Shown piece by piece: positions 35,490-47,038 of a DNA stretch of 64,000 bases (its first letter is position 1; each line of letters begins with the position of its first letter). The stretch is from NCBI RefSeq assembly GCF_000315625.1, contig NW_005434613.1, forward strand, positions 55,998 through 119,997. The letters run 5' to 3'. The notes under the pieces are model-generated. The model ran no database searches and had not been told where the DNA came from. It saw only the letters and a program-made list of their open reading frames with translations. Origin of the DNA: Guillardia theta CCMP2712. Taxonomy: Eukaryota > Protista > Cryptophyta. The translations under genes were made by a program, and so were the position numbers.

Positions 35490-37715
35490 ATGAGTCGAGC
35501 ATTCCAATTTTCAAGCAAGAATGTTTTCGACAGTTTCAAATCGAATGACAGAGGGTCGCAAGGCAGCTTGCCACGCTCCGCTTCAAGCAACAGCCTCAAT
35601 GGAGATCTCAAACGGACGACCTCGAAAGCCATCGAGATGTTCCGATCGGGTTTGCGCTCCGGCTCTTCAGTGAGGAGGAGGAGCAACGTGAGCTTTACGG
35701 GAGTTCCCAAGAACGACTACTTTCCCTCCAAGAGCAATGTCTTCTGGAGATTCCTAGGCATCGGAGATCGTCAGGGGAATCTGAAAGCATCGCGACTGAT
35801 TCACCCGGAGTCTCCCTTCAACTACACCGTCTCTCTGGTCTCTTCGCTCCTCCTGCTCTACACGGCCATTGTAGTGCAAGTCACTGTCAGCTTCTTCTGG
35901 AATGCGCCTGACTGCTGGAGCTCTCCCACGCTGCCTTTCGACATGTTTGTGGACACTTTCTTTGTCTTCCAGATCTTTTTGACTTTCTTCACTGGGGTTG
36001 AGATTCAAGGCGTGTACGCAGACTCACTGGGGGCGGTTGCTTGGAATTACGTCACTCATGCCTTCATCTTTGATGTATTCACGTCCATCCCTTCTTCGTA
36101 TGTGGAATATTTCGCGGTAAAAGAATGCGGAAGCTCCGGCACCAGCGTCAACATGAACAGCCTCCTAATCATGAGGTGCATAAAACCTCTCAGGTTGCTG
36201 AAGTTGTCGAGGATGTTCAGGATGAAGAAGATTCGTCTCATCCTCGACTCAATCGAGGAATTCTTTCAACTGCCAGGGTTCATGATGAGGATGTTCAGTA
36301 TGCTCGCTGGAATCTCGCTGCTCGTGCACAGTTGTGCTTGTATCTACTGGCTTATCAAGGAGATGACCTTCAGCCAGGACGAGATTTGTCTTTTCCTCTC
36401 CCACTACAACCTCAACTGCTATTCTGGCCTGCTCGAGAAGTATGTCCTCACCATCTACTTCATGAACACAATCTTCACCACAGTTGGCTTCGGCGACATC
36501 ACCCCTGAGAACACAGCTGAGAGGCTCTTCACCATCATCGCCATGTACGCCGGCGTCATGGTCTTCGGCACCATGCTCTCGGAGGTTCAGAGCGCGCACA
36601 TGCACGCGTTCCGCCTGCAGAAGCAGTGCGACCAGGTGCACCATGACGTGAAGGACTTCCTGCGGTCTACCAACGTCCCCAAGGCTGTCAGCAGGCGCGT
36701 GCTGGAGTGGGTGGATCTCGACTATATGGTGAAGATGAGGAGGAACCAGCGGGAGGCAGCTCTCTCCCTCATCCCTCCTCAGCTCCGCATGCCCATCTTC
36801 GATCACCTGCACAAGGAGATGCTGTATGGGATCCCCTTCCTCCGAGACCTGGCGGACATCCACCGCGATCAGTTCCTCCTCAACCTCTTCTCTCTTGCTC
36901 AGCCCATCACTTTCTGCAGCTTCATGCCCATCGCAACGGTGGACGACGCTTGTGACCGTCTCTACATCATCACACACGGCAGCGTCAGCGTCGTTCTGCC
37001 CTCCGGGTCAATCGTCTCCACACTCAACGCTGGCGACTTTTTCGGAGAGAACAGCTTCCTCGGGGAGACAACATGGAGGGGAGAGCACGGGCAGGAGGTC
37101 GACTTCTGTGCTCTGACATCTGTAGTCTGCATGTACATCTTGAAAGAAGACTTCATGCGGCTGCTCCAGTCATTCCCTGGACACATCCACGAGGAGATCG
37201 AGGCTCTCACGCAGGACCTCAAGGAGCTGCGGGAGGAGCAGGCTGCTTCGGATGATCCTCCTACCTCCGTCGCCATCCGCTGGTTCTATCTCTTCCGCAA
37301 GGCCAAGTGCCACATGCTTCACACGGATGGCACGAGAGACCTGCTGATCAAGACGGTTCAGAAGCTCAAGTTTGCATCCATCTTCGGCAAGCACGACACT
37401 CAACGTGGCAAGTTTGAGGTCATCGCGGAGAAGCCAATCCCCGATGAGGAAGAGATAGTTCCGACCTGGGAGGGCAGGGGACCACAGGAAGAGGCGCAGA
37501 GTCACGGAAGCTCCGGGGACATTCTTGTTGCTATTCAGCAGCTGATCAGAGCGGAGCATGACTCGCTGCGCGCTTGCTTCGACCGTCGCATCAGTGAGAT
37601 CACAACTCGCATGGACGCGCTGGAGGAGATGTGCTTCACTGAGGACACGGCCAAGGCAGATACAGCGAGCGTGTCAGGAGGAGATATCCAGCCTGTCGAT
37701 GAGAGATATGCATAG
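35490..37715 (+). CDS. Six-TM K+ channel with CNBD-type domain, paralog B'; intronless
   Basis: 741-aa ORF. S4 IKPLRLLKLSRMFR, pore FTTVGFGDITP, CNBD RLYIITHGSV...FFGE. Colinear with 20734-22929 (HPES, CDR.YII, WRGEHG, RWFY). Confidence 0.92.
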   Translation: MSRAFQFSSKNVFDSFKSNDRGSQGSLPRSASSNSLNGDLKRTTSKAIEMFRSGLRSGSSVRRRSNVSFTGVPKNDYFPSKSNVFWRFLGIGDRQGNLKASRLIHPESPFNYTVSLVSSLLLLYTAIVVQVTVSFFWNAPDCWSSPTLPFDMFVDTFFVFQIFLTFFTGVEIQGVYADSLGAVAWNYVTHAFIFDVFTSIPSSYVEYFAVKECGSSGTSVNMNSLLIMRCIKPLRLLKLSRMFRMKKIRLILDSIEEFFQLPGFMMRMFSMLAGISLLVHSCACIYWLIKEMTFSQDEICLFLSHYNLNCYSGLLEKYVLTIYFMNTIFTTVGFGDITPENTAERLFTIIAMYAGVMVFGTMLSEVQSAHMHAFRLQKQCDQVHHDVKDFLRSTNVPKAVSRRVLEWVDLDYMVKMRRNQREAALSLIPPQLRMPIFDHLHKEMLYGIPFLRDLADIHRDQFLLNLFSLAQPITFCSFMPIATVDDACDRLYIITHGSVSVVLPSGSIVSTLNAGDFFGENSFLGETTWRGEHGQEVDFCALTSVVCMYILKEDFMRLLQSFPGHIHEEIEALTQDLKELREEQAASDDPPTSVAIRWFYLFRKAKCHMLHTDGTRDLLIKTVQKLKFASIFGKHDTQRGKFEVIAEKPIPDEEEIVPTWEGRGPQEEAQSHGSSGDILVAIQQLIRAEHDSLRACFDRRISEITTRMDALEEMCFTEDTAKADTASVSGGDIQPVDERYA

Positions 37716-38172
37716 CTCACTCCACTGCTCCCTCCCTCCCCTTCCCGACTCTCTCTCTCTCTCCCTCCCTCCCTCCCTCCCTCCTCTTCTTCTTTGCTAC
37801 GACCTCTTTATATTCAACTTCTCTCGCCGTCATGGCAGCACAAGGGAGAAGATATTCAACTCTATGAATTTAGCTTAGATAATCAAAATGAAGATTTTTA
37901 ATGTTTGCATGTTAGCATGCAGCAGTTGTTGTTTCTCCTCACGCCGGCAGATCAGCTCTTTCTTCCATAGCAAACAACTACCTCGTTCAAACGCACACCA
38001 TTGACTACGTTACACACCATGGACTACACTAACACACCATTGACGAGGTTCCTTATGAGACTGCATCGTCTTTGACACGGCACTTCACCTCGCCCGCTTG
38101 TTCTCCCCGTCGTCTCGACCTCCAGCTGTTGCACAAACATCGCCTATCCCCAACTACCCCCAGCACACCCTC

Positions 38173-38671
38173 TCAGCTGATAGTGCACAGCACGGGTGCC
38201 GGCCAGACGTGATCGTAGTAGGCGCGATGAGCGCGGGGAGGATGGTAGCGATTGAGAAAGCCTGCGGGTCTTGCCCATCAGCCCCTGCAGCACTGACCCT
38301 CCATGCGCACTCACCGCAGCGGCAGCAGCGAAAGTCGATAGGGGCAGGGGAGAAAGGGATCGCGTTGATGTCCCTGCAGGTTGAACAGGCTACCTGTGTG
38401 CGAGGGATCAGGAGGACAGAGGGGGGGGAGGAGCAGCGACATGAACAATGGTGGGGGGGTCGTGAGACGAGTACGACGGGTCTTGGTAACCTGCTCGTCG
38501 GTAGTCTGGGAGAGGCGCATGCATCCTCGCTTGAGCTAGCTCTCTGTTCTCACGGTCATACTCCTCCTGCAGAGCACGAGCAACGGCCTCGTCGTCCCCA
38601 GTCTGCTGCCCTCCGTTTGCTGCGTTTCCTGACCGTAAAGTTTCCATTTCGTGACTTCTACTTGCAGCCAT
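38173..38671 (-). CDS. Small protein: UIM-like helix + CxxC...CxxC zinc ribbon + C-terminal CaaX (CTIS); 3 exons
   Basis: Hand-spliced: MAASRS...DDEAVARALQEEYDRE...PTIVH|VACSTCRDINAIPFSPAPIDFRCCRC|GFLNRYH...PAPVLCTIS*. Both introns are GT-AG and keep the frame. Confidence 0.7.
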
Positions 38672-39565
38672 TGTGAACCTGTGCAGCAAATCAGCGTGGC
38701 ATGGACTAACGTTGGCAGGGATACTAGGCAAAGCACCCTTGCTCTGTCCCTCCCTCACTTCTGTTCCTTCCATGTTACCCTCCTCGTTTGTTCTCAGCTG
38801 CATTTGCCTGTCTGTCTGTCGCTCCCTTCATCAAAGTTTCTAATCCACTTCAAGCATCCTGTGATCGCTGCTGTGCACGTCCCATCCTTTCCCATACTCT
38901 CTCCTCTCCTCCCCTCCCCTCCCCTCCCCTCCCCGTCTCGTCTCCTCCCCTCCCCTCCCCTTCGCTCTCGCCCCCTGCTACAGCATCGTCTCATTTTCGT
39001 CCCGTTTGTTCTCATCCTCATAATCACATCATCCCCCTCATACCCTATTCTCATGGAGATGAGCCTCATCCCCTCTCAGACCACCAACGAGCCGAAATAG
39101 AAGATGGCAGGCAATGTTGCTGAAACAGGCGGGAGAGCGCAGAATGGGAGGAGACAGGAGAGGAGAGGAGAGGAGAAGGAGAGGAGAGGAGAGGAGAGGA
39201 GAAGGAGAGGGAAGGAGAGGAGAGGAGAAGGAGAGGAGAGGAGAGGAGAGGAGAGGAGAGACGCTGGTTTAGGCAAGTCGAAAGAAGCAGAGAGGTGAGG
39301 CGAGGCGATAAGAAGGGAGACGAGGGAAAACATAGTGTAGTGCTATGTAGGAGTGAGGTTGCGGTCGCTATTATTGCGGTTGGAATATTGAGTTGGAGGT
39401 ATTAGCAGAAGTGTAAACAGTCGGAAGTAAGACTTGAGCTTGAGATTGATTTCTGATATCGATCACAGCAGGAGGGTTTGTTGGACGAGTAGCTTCCTGG
39501 AACAATCGGGAGATGGAGGAACATTGAACGCGGTTAACAACCTGAGACAACATCAAGCAAGCGGG

Positions 39566-40670
39566 ATGGCGATGGATTTTATCTTATCAAGATCCACAGC
39601 ATTCCAGCTGGTCTCCCTAGTTATTCTCTGTGAGTTTTTCTTCTTCTTTCTCATGCTCTTGCCCTTGCAATCGCTCCAACCTTGTCCTTCTCATTCTTCT
39701 CTTCCTCCTCTACATTGCCTTCTTGTACCTCTTCCCTCCCCATCCTCTCCCCCCTTCCCCTTCCCCTTCCCCTTCCCCTTCCCCTTCCCCTTCCCCTTTC
39801 CCCTCCCTTCGGGTGACATGACCGTACCATTACAGCATGCTTCATCCTCGATCTCGATGCTTCTAGTAGCGGGCCCTCGCACAAGGTCAGTCGCAACCGT
39901 CTCCTCCTGCTTCTCATCCTGTGGCTCCTTCCAGGTCGACAGCAGCCTTGAACTCTTGCATGCGGTAGCGAAGCTGCGGCAGGCGGTTAGAACATCCTCC
40001 CTTCAGGAAGCAGCGGTAAGTTATAAGCCCGATTCCCTTCCCTTCCCCCCCNNNNNNNNNNNNNNNNNNNNNNNNNNNNNNNNNNNNNNNNNNNNNNNNN
40101 NNNNNNNNNNNNNNNNNNNNNNNNNNNNNNNNNNNNNNNNNNNNNNNNNNNCCTCTCTCACTCTCTCTCTCTATGCTCCTTCTCCTCCTCCTCCTCCTTC
40201 CTCCTCCTCCTCCTCCTCCTCCTCCTCCTCCTCCTCCTCCTCCTCCTCCTCCTCCTCCTCTTCCTTCATCTCCTCCTCCTCTTCCTTCATCTCCTCCTCT
40301 TCTCATCTTCTCTTCCTCTTCCTTCATCCCCTCATCTTCTCATACTCTTTCTCCAGCGCTGCCCCTTCGCCTGCAGCCTCAGCTCCATCCCCTCCTCCCC
40401 TGAAGCCCGTGGTACTGACCCTTCCCCTTCCACTTGCCCATCCTGACAGCATGTAGGACTGCTCGGGCGAGCCTGGAGGGTGCTTCGGCACCCACCGCGC
40501 TATCCATCAGCTACTTCCGCTGATCATCTTTGGCTTCATTGGAGCAGGTAGGCGAAGGCAGCCGTTACTGCAGTCCCTAACTCCCTGACTAGGTTTCTAC
40601 TGGTCGTACCTGCGATTTGTTTACCCTCAGGGTCGGGCCAAGAAGGCTGTAGCCGAGCAGCCGAGGACGG
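39566..40670 (+). CDS. Possible small multi-exon hypothetical membrane protein
   Basis: Short exon-like, non-repetitive blocks flanked by AG/GT (MAMDFILSRSTAFQLVSLVIL; VDSSLELLHAVAKLRQ; DCSGEPGGCFGTH...LLPLIIFGFIGA) between microsatellite tracts. Boundaries are uncertain. Confidence 0.3.
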
Positions 40671-41148
40671 TAGCCGAACCCCCCCCCGCCTTCCCACCCC
40701 CCGCTCTCTCCCTCCCTCTCACGCTCTCTCCTCCCTCTCACGCTCTCTCCCACTCCCTCTCCCTCTGCCCCACATCCTCTCCCCTCTCTCTCTCTTCCTC
40801 CTTCGTGCTTCTTCCTCATCCTGCTGTTGAAAGTTCCTCCTCCCCGTCTTTCCCCTCCTCCTACTGCTGCTGACCTTCTCTTCCTGCTCCGCTTCTTACG
40901 ACTACCACCACTGCTAAATCGTCTTGACCATGCTCCTGCTCATGCTCTTGCTCCTGCTTCCCGTTTCTTGCTCCTTCCCAAACTGAGGTTTTATCCCTGT
41001 TTGTGAGAATTGTTTCAGGTGGTGTTTGCTCCTTCCCAGAAGATCTATGACACTTTCGGTCAAGAGAATGCCCCGAACCTTGTTTGATAGATGAAAGACA
41101 TAAGGGACAAGTGCTGACAAGGAACCTCGTTTAACGAAGCTGAAACAA

Positions 41149-43876
41149 TCAACCCTCCCCTCTCGTATCTTCCAACATCTTCATCCTTTCATTCCCGTCC
41201 TCCTCTCCCTTCCCCTCTGAACCCTTCTCCTCCCCTCCCTTCTCCTTCTCAAACGGACCGGCCTCGCCTCCTTTCGCTTCTCCTCTGCCGCCTGTGGGAA
41301 AGGTCTCTAGGGAGGGAGGGCTGTACTTCCTGACGTCGATGTAGCCAGCAGGTTTGTGAGCTGTAAAGTGTGACATGAAAGTGAGGACAGGAAGGAGAAT
41401 CGAGAAGAGGAGGACCGCGAGGGGCACAGCAGGAGCAGAGCAGGGAAGGGGGGTGGCAGGAGAAGGGAAGAGAGGAACCTTCAGGAATCGCCCTCATTGA
41501 AGACAAGGGGGAGGAGGAGGAGGAGGAGGAGGAGGAGGAGGAGGAGACAACTTACAGGAGCAGAATTCTCTGAAGGAGGTCCACGTTGCTCTGCGAGCCT
41601 TCCCTCCTCCTACTCCATTTCCTCCTCCATTCTTCAGGTTCGCAGCGTCCATCTTTGAGCGAGAGCCGAACCATGGCTGCTTGCAGCAACTGGAGCAGAA
41701 GGAAGGGGATCAGCGAAGAAGGCGGAGGGCAGGAGGGAGGAAGGGGAAGAGCAGGGAGGGAGGGAGGACATGTTCATGATCGTAGAGAATGGTAGAGAGA
41801 AGAAGAGAGAGAAGAGGGGGGGGGGAGGCAAACATGTAGAGGAGATGCAGGGGGCAGGCAGGAAGGCAGGCAGGAAGGCAGGAAGGCAAGATGGAAGGCG
41901 GGGGCAGGGGCTCTACCCTTGGAAGTCGCAGCGCCGGACGTCGCAGTTGATGTGGCTCGCGTTCTTATGGGTCCCGCAGAACCTGAGCCCAATCTCAAAG
42001 GAAGAAGAGAGGGAGGGAAGGAGGCAGGCAGGAAGTCAGGCTGGGAGCTTCTACTGTCTACTTTGTTCACCTTGCTTGACCTTCACTCATGCCGTAGAGA
42101 GCTCGTCGTTGACATCCGCTAGCCTGCAGGAGGATGAGGAGGACAAGGGGAAGGAGGAGAAGAGGGGGGTGATGGAAACGGGGTGGAGGGAGGAGGGAAG
42201 AGGAGGGAGGAGGAGGAGGACAAGGGGAAGGAGGGAAAGGAGGGAGGAGGGAAAGGAGGGAGGAGGAGGAAGAGGAGGGAGGAGGACAAGGGGAAGGAGG
42301 GAGAGGAGGGAGGAGGAGGAAGAGGAGGGAGGAGGAGGAGGAGGATGGAGGAGGGAGGAGGGAGGGGCTGCACTTCGCATGTTCGGCAACGGACATTCAC
42401 TTGCATCTCCTTCCTGCCGCACAGCAGTGAGTGGAAGTTGAGCAGGGAGGAGGCTGACTTGTGATGCGAGCAGTACAGGGCTCGTCGCCCGGGTTCGCCG
42501 TAGGTGGCTCTGCGGTTGCAGCCCTCCTGAAAGAGGTGACTGAGAGATGAAGGGAACCAGGAAGAGGAGGGAAGGAGGAAGGGAAGGGAAGTGGGGGAAG
42601 GGGAGGGAAAAAAGGGGGAGGGGGGGAGGGAGGGAAGGAGAAGGAAGNNNNNNNNNNNNNNNNNNNNNNNNNNNNNNNNNNNNNNNNNNNNNNNNNNNNN
42701 NNNNNNNNNNNNNNNNNNNNNNNNNNNNNNNNNNNNNNNNNNNNNNNACTAAGAGACGATCTGAGCACACAGTACTGCCTCCTTCGCCTTCTCTCTCCCT
42801 CCTTCTCCTCTCCCCTCCTCCTCCCCTCCTCCTTGCTTCCTCCTCCTTTTCCCACTTTCCTCCTCCTCCTCCTCCTCCTCCTCCTCCTCCTCCTCTGCTG
42901 CGAACCTTGTTCGTGCGGGGATTCCCGCATGTGGCTCTCCTCTTACATCCATTTGTCCTGACAGGATCGTTAGCCCGCAGGCATCGACCAGCAGCAATCG
43001 AGCGAGACCACCTGCACATAGACTTGTCCTTGGCACGAAAGAATTCTCCGGTGTACGTCCCCTCCGGAGATCCCCCGGTGTTCCTGCCGGTCTGCACAGC
43101 TTCCCCACCCAGCCTTGACTGGTTGCACTGTTTCAGCTGCTTGCACTGAAAGCAAATCAGCTTCTCCTTCTCCTCCGCCTTCATCGCCTCCTCGATGTCG
43201 TCCTCCCACTCCAGCATCTCATTGAGAGCCAACAGCTCCTCTTGCTCCTCCTCGTTCATGTTGGCAGGATTCACCATCATGTCAGAGTATGCTTCTGCGA
43301 TCGCCGTTGCGATCTTCGTCCTCTCGTCTCCGGCCTCATACGCCACCGATGAGATGGATCGACCGCAAAGAGCACAGACGTCCTCCTCCTCCTCCTCCTC
43401 CTCCTCAGCGTGAGTAATGATCCTGTCTCCATTTGAGAGCGGATCAGCCTGAGAGCATATCGTCTCCAGAGGCCCTCTACAAACCCCTCCTTGTCTTTGC
43501 TCCCACATCATGTCTGCCTCCCAACCCCCTCCTCGTAGACCCAACACTGGTCGTCTTAGATCGTATCCCAGCACATGGTACCCTCCAAGAGGACGTGAAG
43601 ATTTTACTTCCGCTGCATTCCCTTCACCATGAAACCTGATAGATGGTCAATTCCATGATGACAACGCAGCAAGTCTTACTCGTACCTCAGATCCCGTCTC
43701 GTGATTTCTTCCCTGTTGTGCATGCACTTTGTTGAGGATGAGATGAACAAGGAAGGAAGTCGTGTCTCAGCATGTATGTGATCATGATGAGATGTTTCTG
43801 CCTTACAGCACCTCTCAAGGCTGATCGGTACCATCATGGCAACCAGCGCCATGAGCTCCACAAGGAAACGTACCAT
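41149..43876 (-). CDS. EsV-1-7-type cysteine-rich repeat protein with signal-peptide-like leader and LRGG motif; multi-exon, N-gap inside
   Basis: Repeats GCKRRATCG, GCNRRATYGEPGRRALYCSHHK, RCRTCE..GCQRRALYG, FCGTHK..INCDVRRCDFQGCCKQPWFG, AHKPAGYIDV match the C-x4-C-x3-(A/P)-x-(Y/F)G...C-x2-HK pattern. N-terminus MVRFLVELMALVAMMVPISL. Confidence 0.7.
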
Positions 43877-44799
43877 GCCTGTCCTCACAACTCCTCCTCT
43901 CTCATCCCATGTCTGTGTCTATGATCGCCTGGATCGCATCATACATCTCGCTTCTGTCCCTCTATCAGCCGCTTCCTTCTGCTCACCTCCTTTCTTTCCA
44001 TCCCTCTGCTCCTCTCCTCCCTCCTCTCCTTCCTCCTCCTCATCTCCTTCCTCTCTCCTAGTGCGGCATAATGCGACTGGTGCAAAAATCCCATTGACCC
44101 TCATCCCCGCTCAGTTTATACCCTCATCCCCGCTCAGTATACCCTCATCCGACCTGCCCACCGACCCCTGCACCGACCCATTAAAACTTCATGAAGTGGG
44201 GTACCTGGTGGGGTAGGGGGGTGGTACCTGGCAGAGTGATGACTCTATTTCATAGGGGTGGTAGGTGAGTATGGGTGGTGGTAGGGGGGTGCCTCAGAGG
44301 GTAAGGGGCAGCAGGTATTTTTGGGAGAATAATGCTTATGATTGTATAACTGTCTTTTATATTTATTTGGTGATACGGTGAGGCGGACTTGATTTCGTAT
44401 GGACTTGCGTGGAAGCGAGGACGGGAGAGGCAGCGAGGTGGATGGATGGAGGGAGAGAGAGGAGAGGAGAGGAGAGGAGAGGAGAGGAGAGGAGAGGGGG
44501 AGAGGAGGAGGAGAGGAGGAGGAGGAGGAGGAGGGAGGAGGAGGGGAGGGGAGGGGAGGGGAGGGGAGGGGAGGGGAGGGGAGGGGAGGGGAGGGGAGGG
44601 GAGGGGAGGGGANNNNNNNNNNNNNNNNNNNNNNNNNNNNNNNNNNNNNNNNNNNNNNNNNNNNNNNNNNNNNNNNNNNNNNNNNNNNNNNNNNNNNNNN
44701 NNNNNNNNNNNNCACCACCCTCCTCCTCCTCCTCCTCCTCCTCCTCCTCCTTCTCCTCCTCCTCCTCTCCCCCCCTCGCCCCCTGCGTTCTTACTGTAG

Positions 44800-45470
44800 G
44801 ATCAGATCACGAGGCGGAGGAGGAGGAGCCCTGGGGAACGTGAGGAGGAACGAGTTCGGGGAGGTGATTGGGCAGCGGAGCAACTCATCCAGGGAGAGCG
44901 AGGGCAGGTGAGAGCTGAGTTGCTCGAGTTTCCTCCTCCCTCTTCTCGCTCATGGCTTCTCTTCAGCGCCCGAGACAAAGACACCGATGGCGGGCGGTAC
45001 CGTGAAGGCAGGGACAGGCGGGACAGGTTCGAGCTCACTTGCTCGTTGATTTATGCTCACAAACATTGTAGGAGCCCTGAGGATTCGAGATCGCGCAGTC
45101 GAGATCGAGACCGACGAGGGCGGAACAGGAGCAGGTGATTTATCAAAGCGCTCCTTTCTTCGTGTCCTCTTTCGGAGGACACTGCTGATTTTCTGTTTGG
45201 TGACGTGTGGTCTGCATCGATAGGAGCCGAGAACGTCGCAGGGACAGGAGCAGGTGGGGAGGGAGCAGGAGAAACTTGCCATCGAGCGTTTGACTGACCA
45301 CTGTCTTTGGTCTCAGGAGTGGCGACCGTCGGAGAGGAAGGAGCCGAAGTAGAGAGCGTCGTTACCGCGAACGCAGTCGCGATCGAGATCGAAGGGACCG
45401 ATCCCGCTCGCGCTCCCGAGATCGCGACCGAAGAGATCGAGACAGAGACCGTAGCCGAAGTCGTGACAGA

Positions 45471-45511
<41 letters not shown>

Positions 45512-46663
45512 TCGGAGAGAGAGAGACAAAGGTTCGAACAAGAAGAGGAGGGACGAAAGCGATGCAGAGAGCTCGGACGACAACTCCTTCTCTTTCTCCG
45601 CCACTCAGGTCAGGCACGAGCGATGTCGAGCTCATCTGAACTGCCGCAGCTTGCCAACATGCTCTGCGAAGTTTGGAGCTCGGAGGAGTCTAAGATGCGA
45701 TCCGAGACGCTGGAGCAGGTACCCACGTCCTCGTCTGCCTGCTGCTGATGCGCCGTCGACTTTCCCAGTGCCTGCAAGAGAACGTCTGCATCTCTAAACT
45801 CGAGAGTGGAGCTGTGTTGATGCGAGGAAGTCAGAACGTGCTCAAGGTCCCCAAACCCCATGGGAGGCGCCACTTGATCGCATGAGGCAGGCATGGTCGA
45901 GCAAGGAAGGCGGTGGGAGTGCAGAGCCGTCGTGCAGCATCTATGTGGAAAGCGAAGACAAGTCGAAGCCAACGCTGGTGGCCTTCATTTTCCTCTTCTC
46001 ATATCCCGTCCTCCGCTCCCCCCCCCTCTCCTCCTCTCCTCCTCTCCTCCTCTCCTCCTCTCCTGCTTCACCTCATCACCATCTGCTCCTCGTAGTCGCT
46101 CATCTCCCTCAACTCACTCTATTGAAGGTTCTGCACGTCTACCCGGCCAGCAAGAGCCCAGGGATGACGGCCAAGGGCATGTAGGCGACTCGATCCTCTC
46201 TCGACGCACTTGAATGACATTCTTGCCACGTCAGAAGTGCGACGGGGGGAGGAGAAGTCTTGGCTGCCCTCTACCGCGTTGAGAAGAACAAGATCAATCA
46301 CATCTGGGTGACCCGCCCGCCTCCTCCTCTTCCTCCTCAACTGATGTCTCTCCCCAGCTGAGCTCGGAGGTCCCGGCGGGCAAGCTGAGCAAGGAGGCGG
46401 TCAAGAGCTCGAAGATGTGGAACTTGGCGATGGAGGTGAAGGAGCACCAGCACCAGCAGAGAGGTAGCGGGCTGACCCGGCCCGCAGATTATCCGCGAGA
46501 GTGTCAACTCGCCGAGCAAGACGTCAGCTGGAGGAGGGCGTCTGGGGTTGTCATGACGTGTGTGGGCAGGTTCTACTGGAACGACTACTCGAGCGCGGAA
46601 GACAAGCTCGGGATGGGGCTGGGAAGCACCTCGTCGGCGGAATCATGGACCGAGAAGGAATGA
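44800..46663 (+). CDS. RS/RD-dipeptide-rich protein with a compact C-terminal domain (possibly NTF2/SnoaL-like); 5' end in N-gap
   Basis: Exons encode RSRSRDRDRR..., then LPQLANMLCEVWSS...|VLHVYPAS...|EVLAALYRVEKNKINHIW|...|FYWNDYSS...WTEKE*. Confidence 0.55.
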
Positions 46664-47038
46664 AGGAGTATGGAAGGCCGAGAAGGGCAAGAGAGGAGTT
46701 TGCGAAGAGGAGGAATGGGGAGTAAGAGAAGAGATCGAAAGCTTTCTATGGTGGAAGAGACAGGACATAATGAAACTGTGGGATTTTCGGATGAAGAGCA
46801 TCTTTGATCTCTTGAGAGACTGTGCTGACGATTCTTGTCCTTGAGTTGACAAGATTTTGTACATCAATAATTCAATGCCATGGAAGTTTCTTGTTCCCTC
46901 ACCTTAGACTGTATTGCAGCTTGGACATCAGCTTATGACAGGAACCGCAGAATGTCATGGCAAGTATTCGGATTAGCTGTGGATGACTTCGTCGCTGCCT
47001 GATGACTTCGCAAAGTTGACGAGTTGACAAGTGACTGC

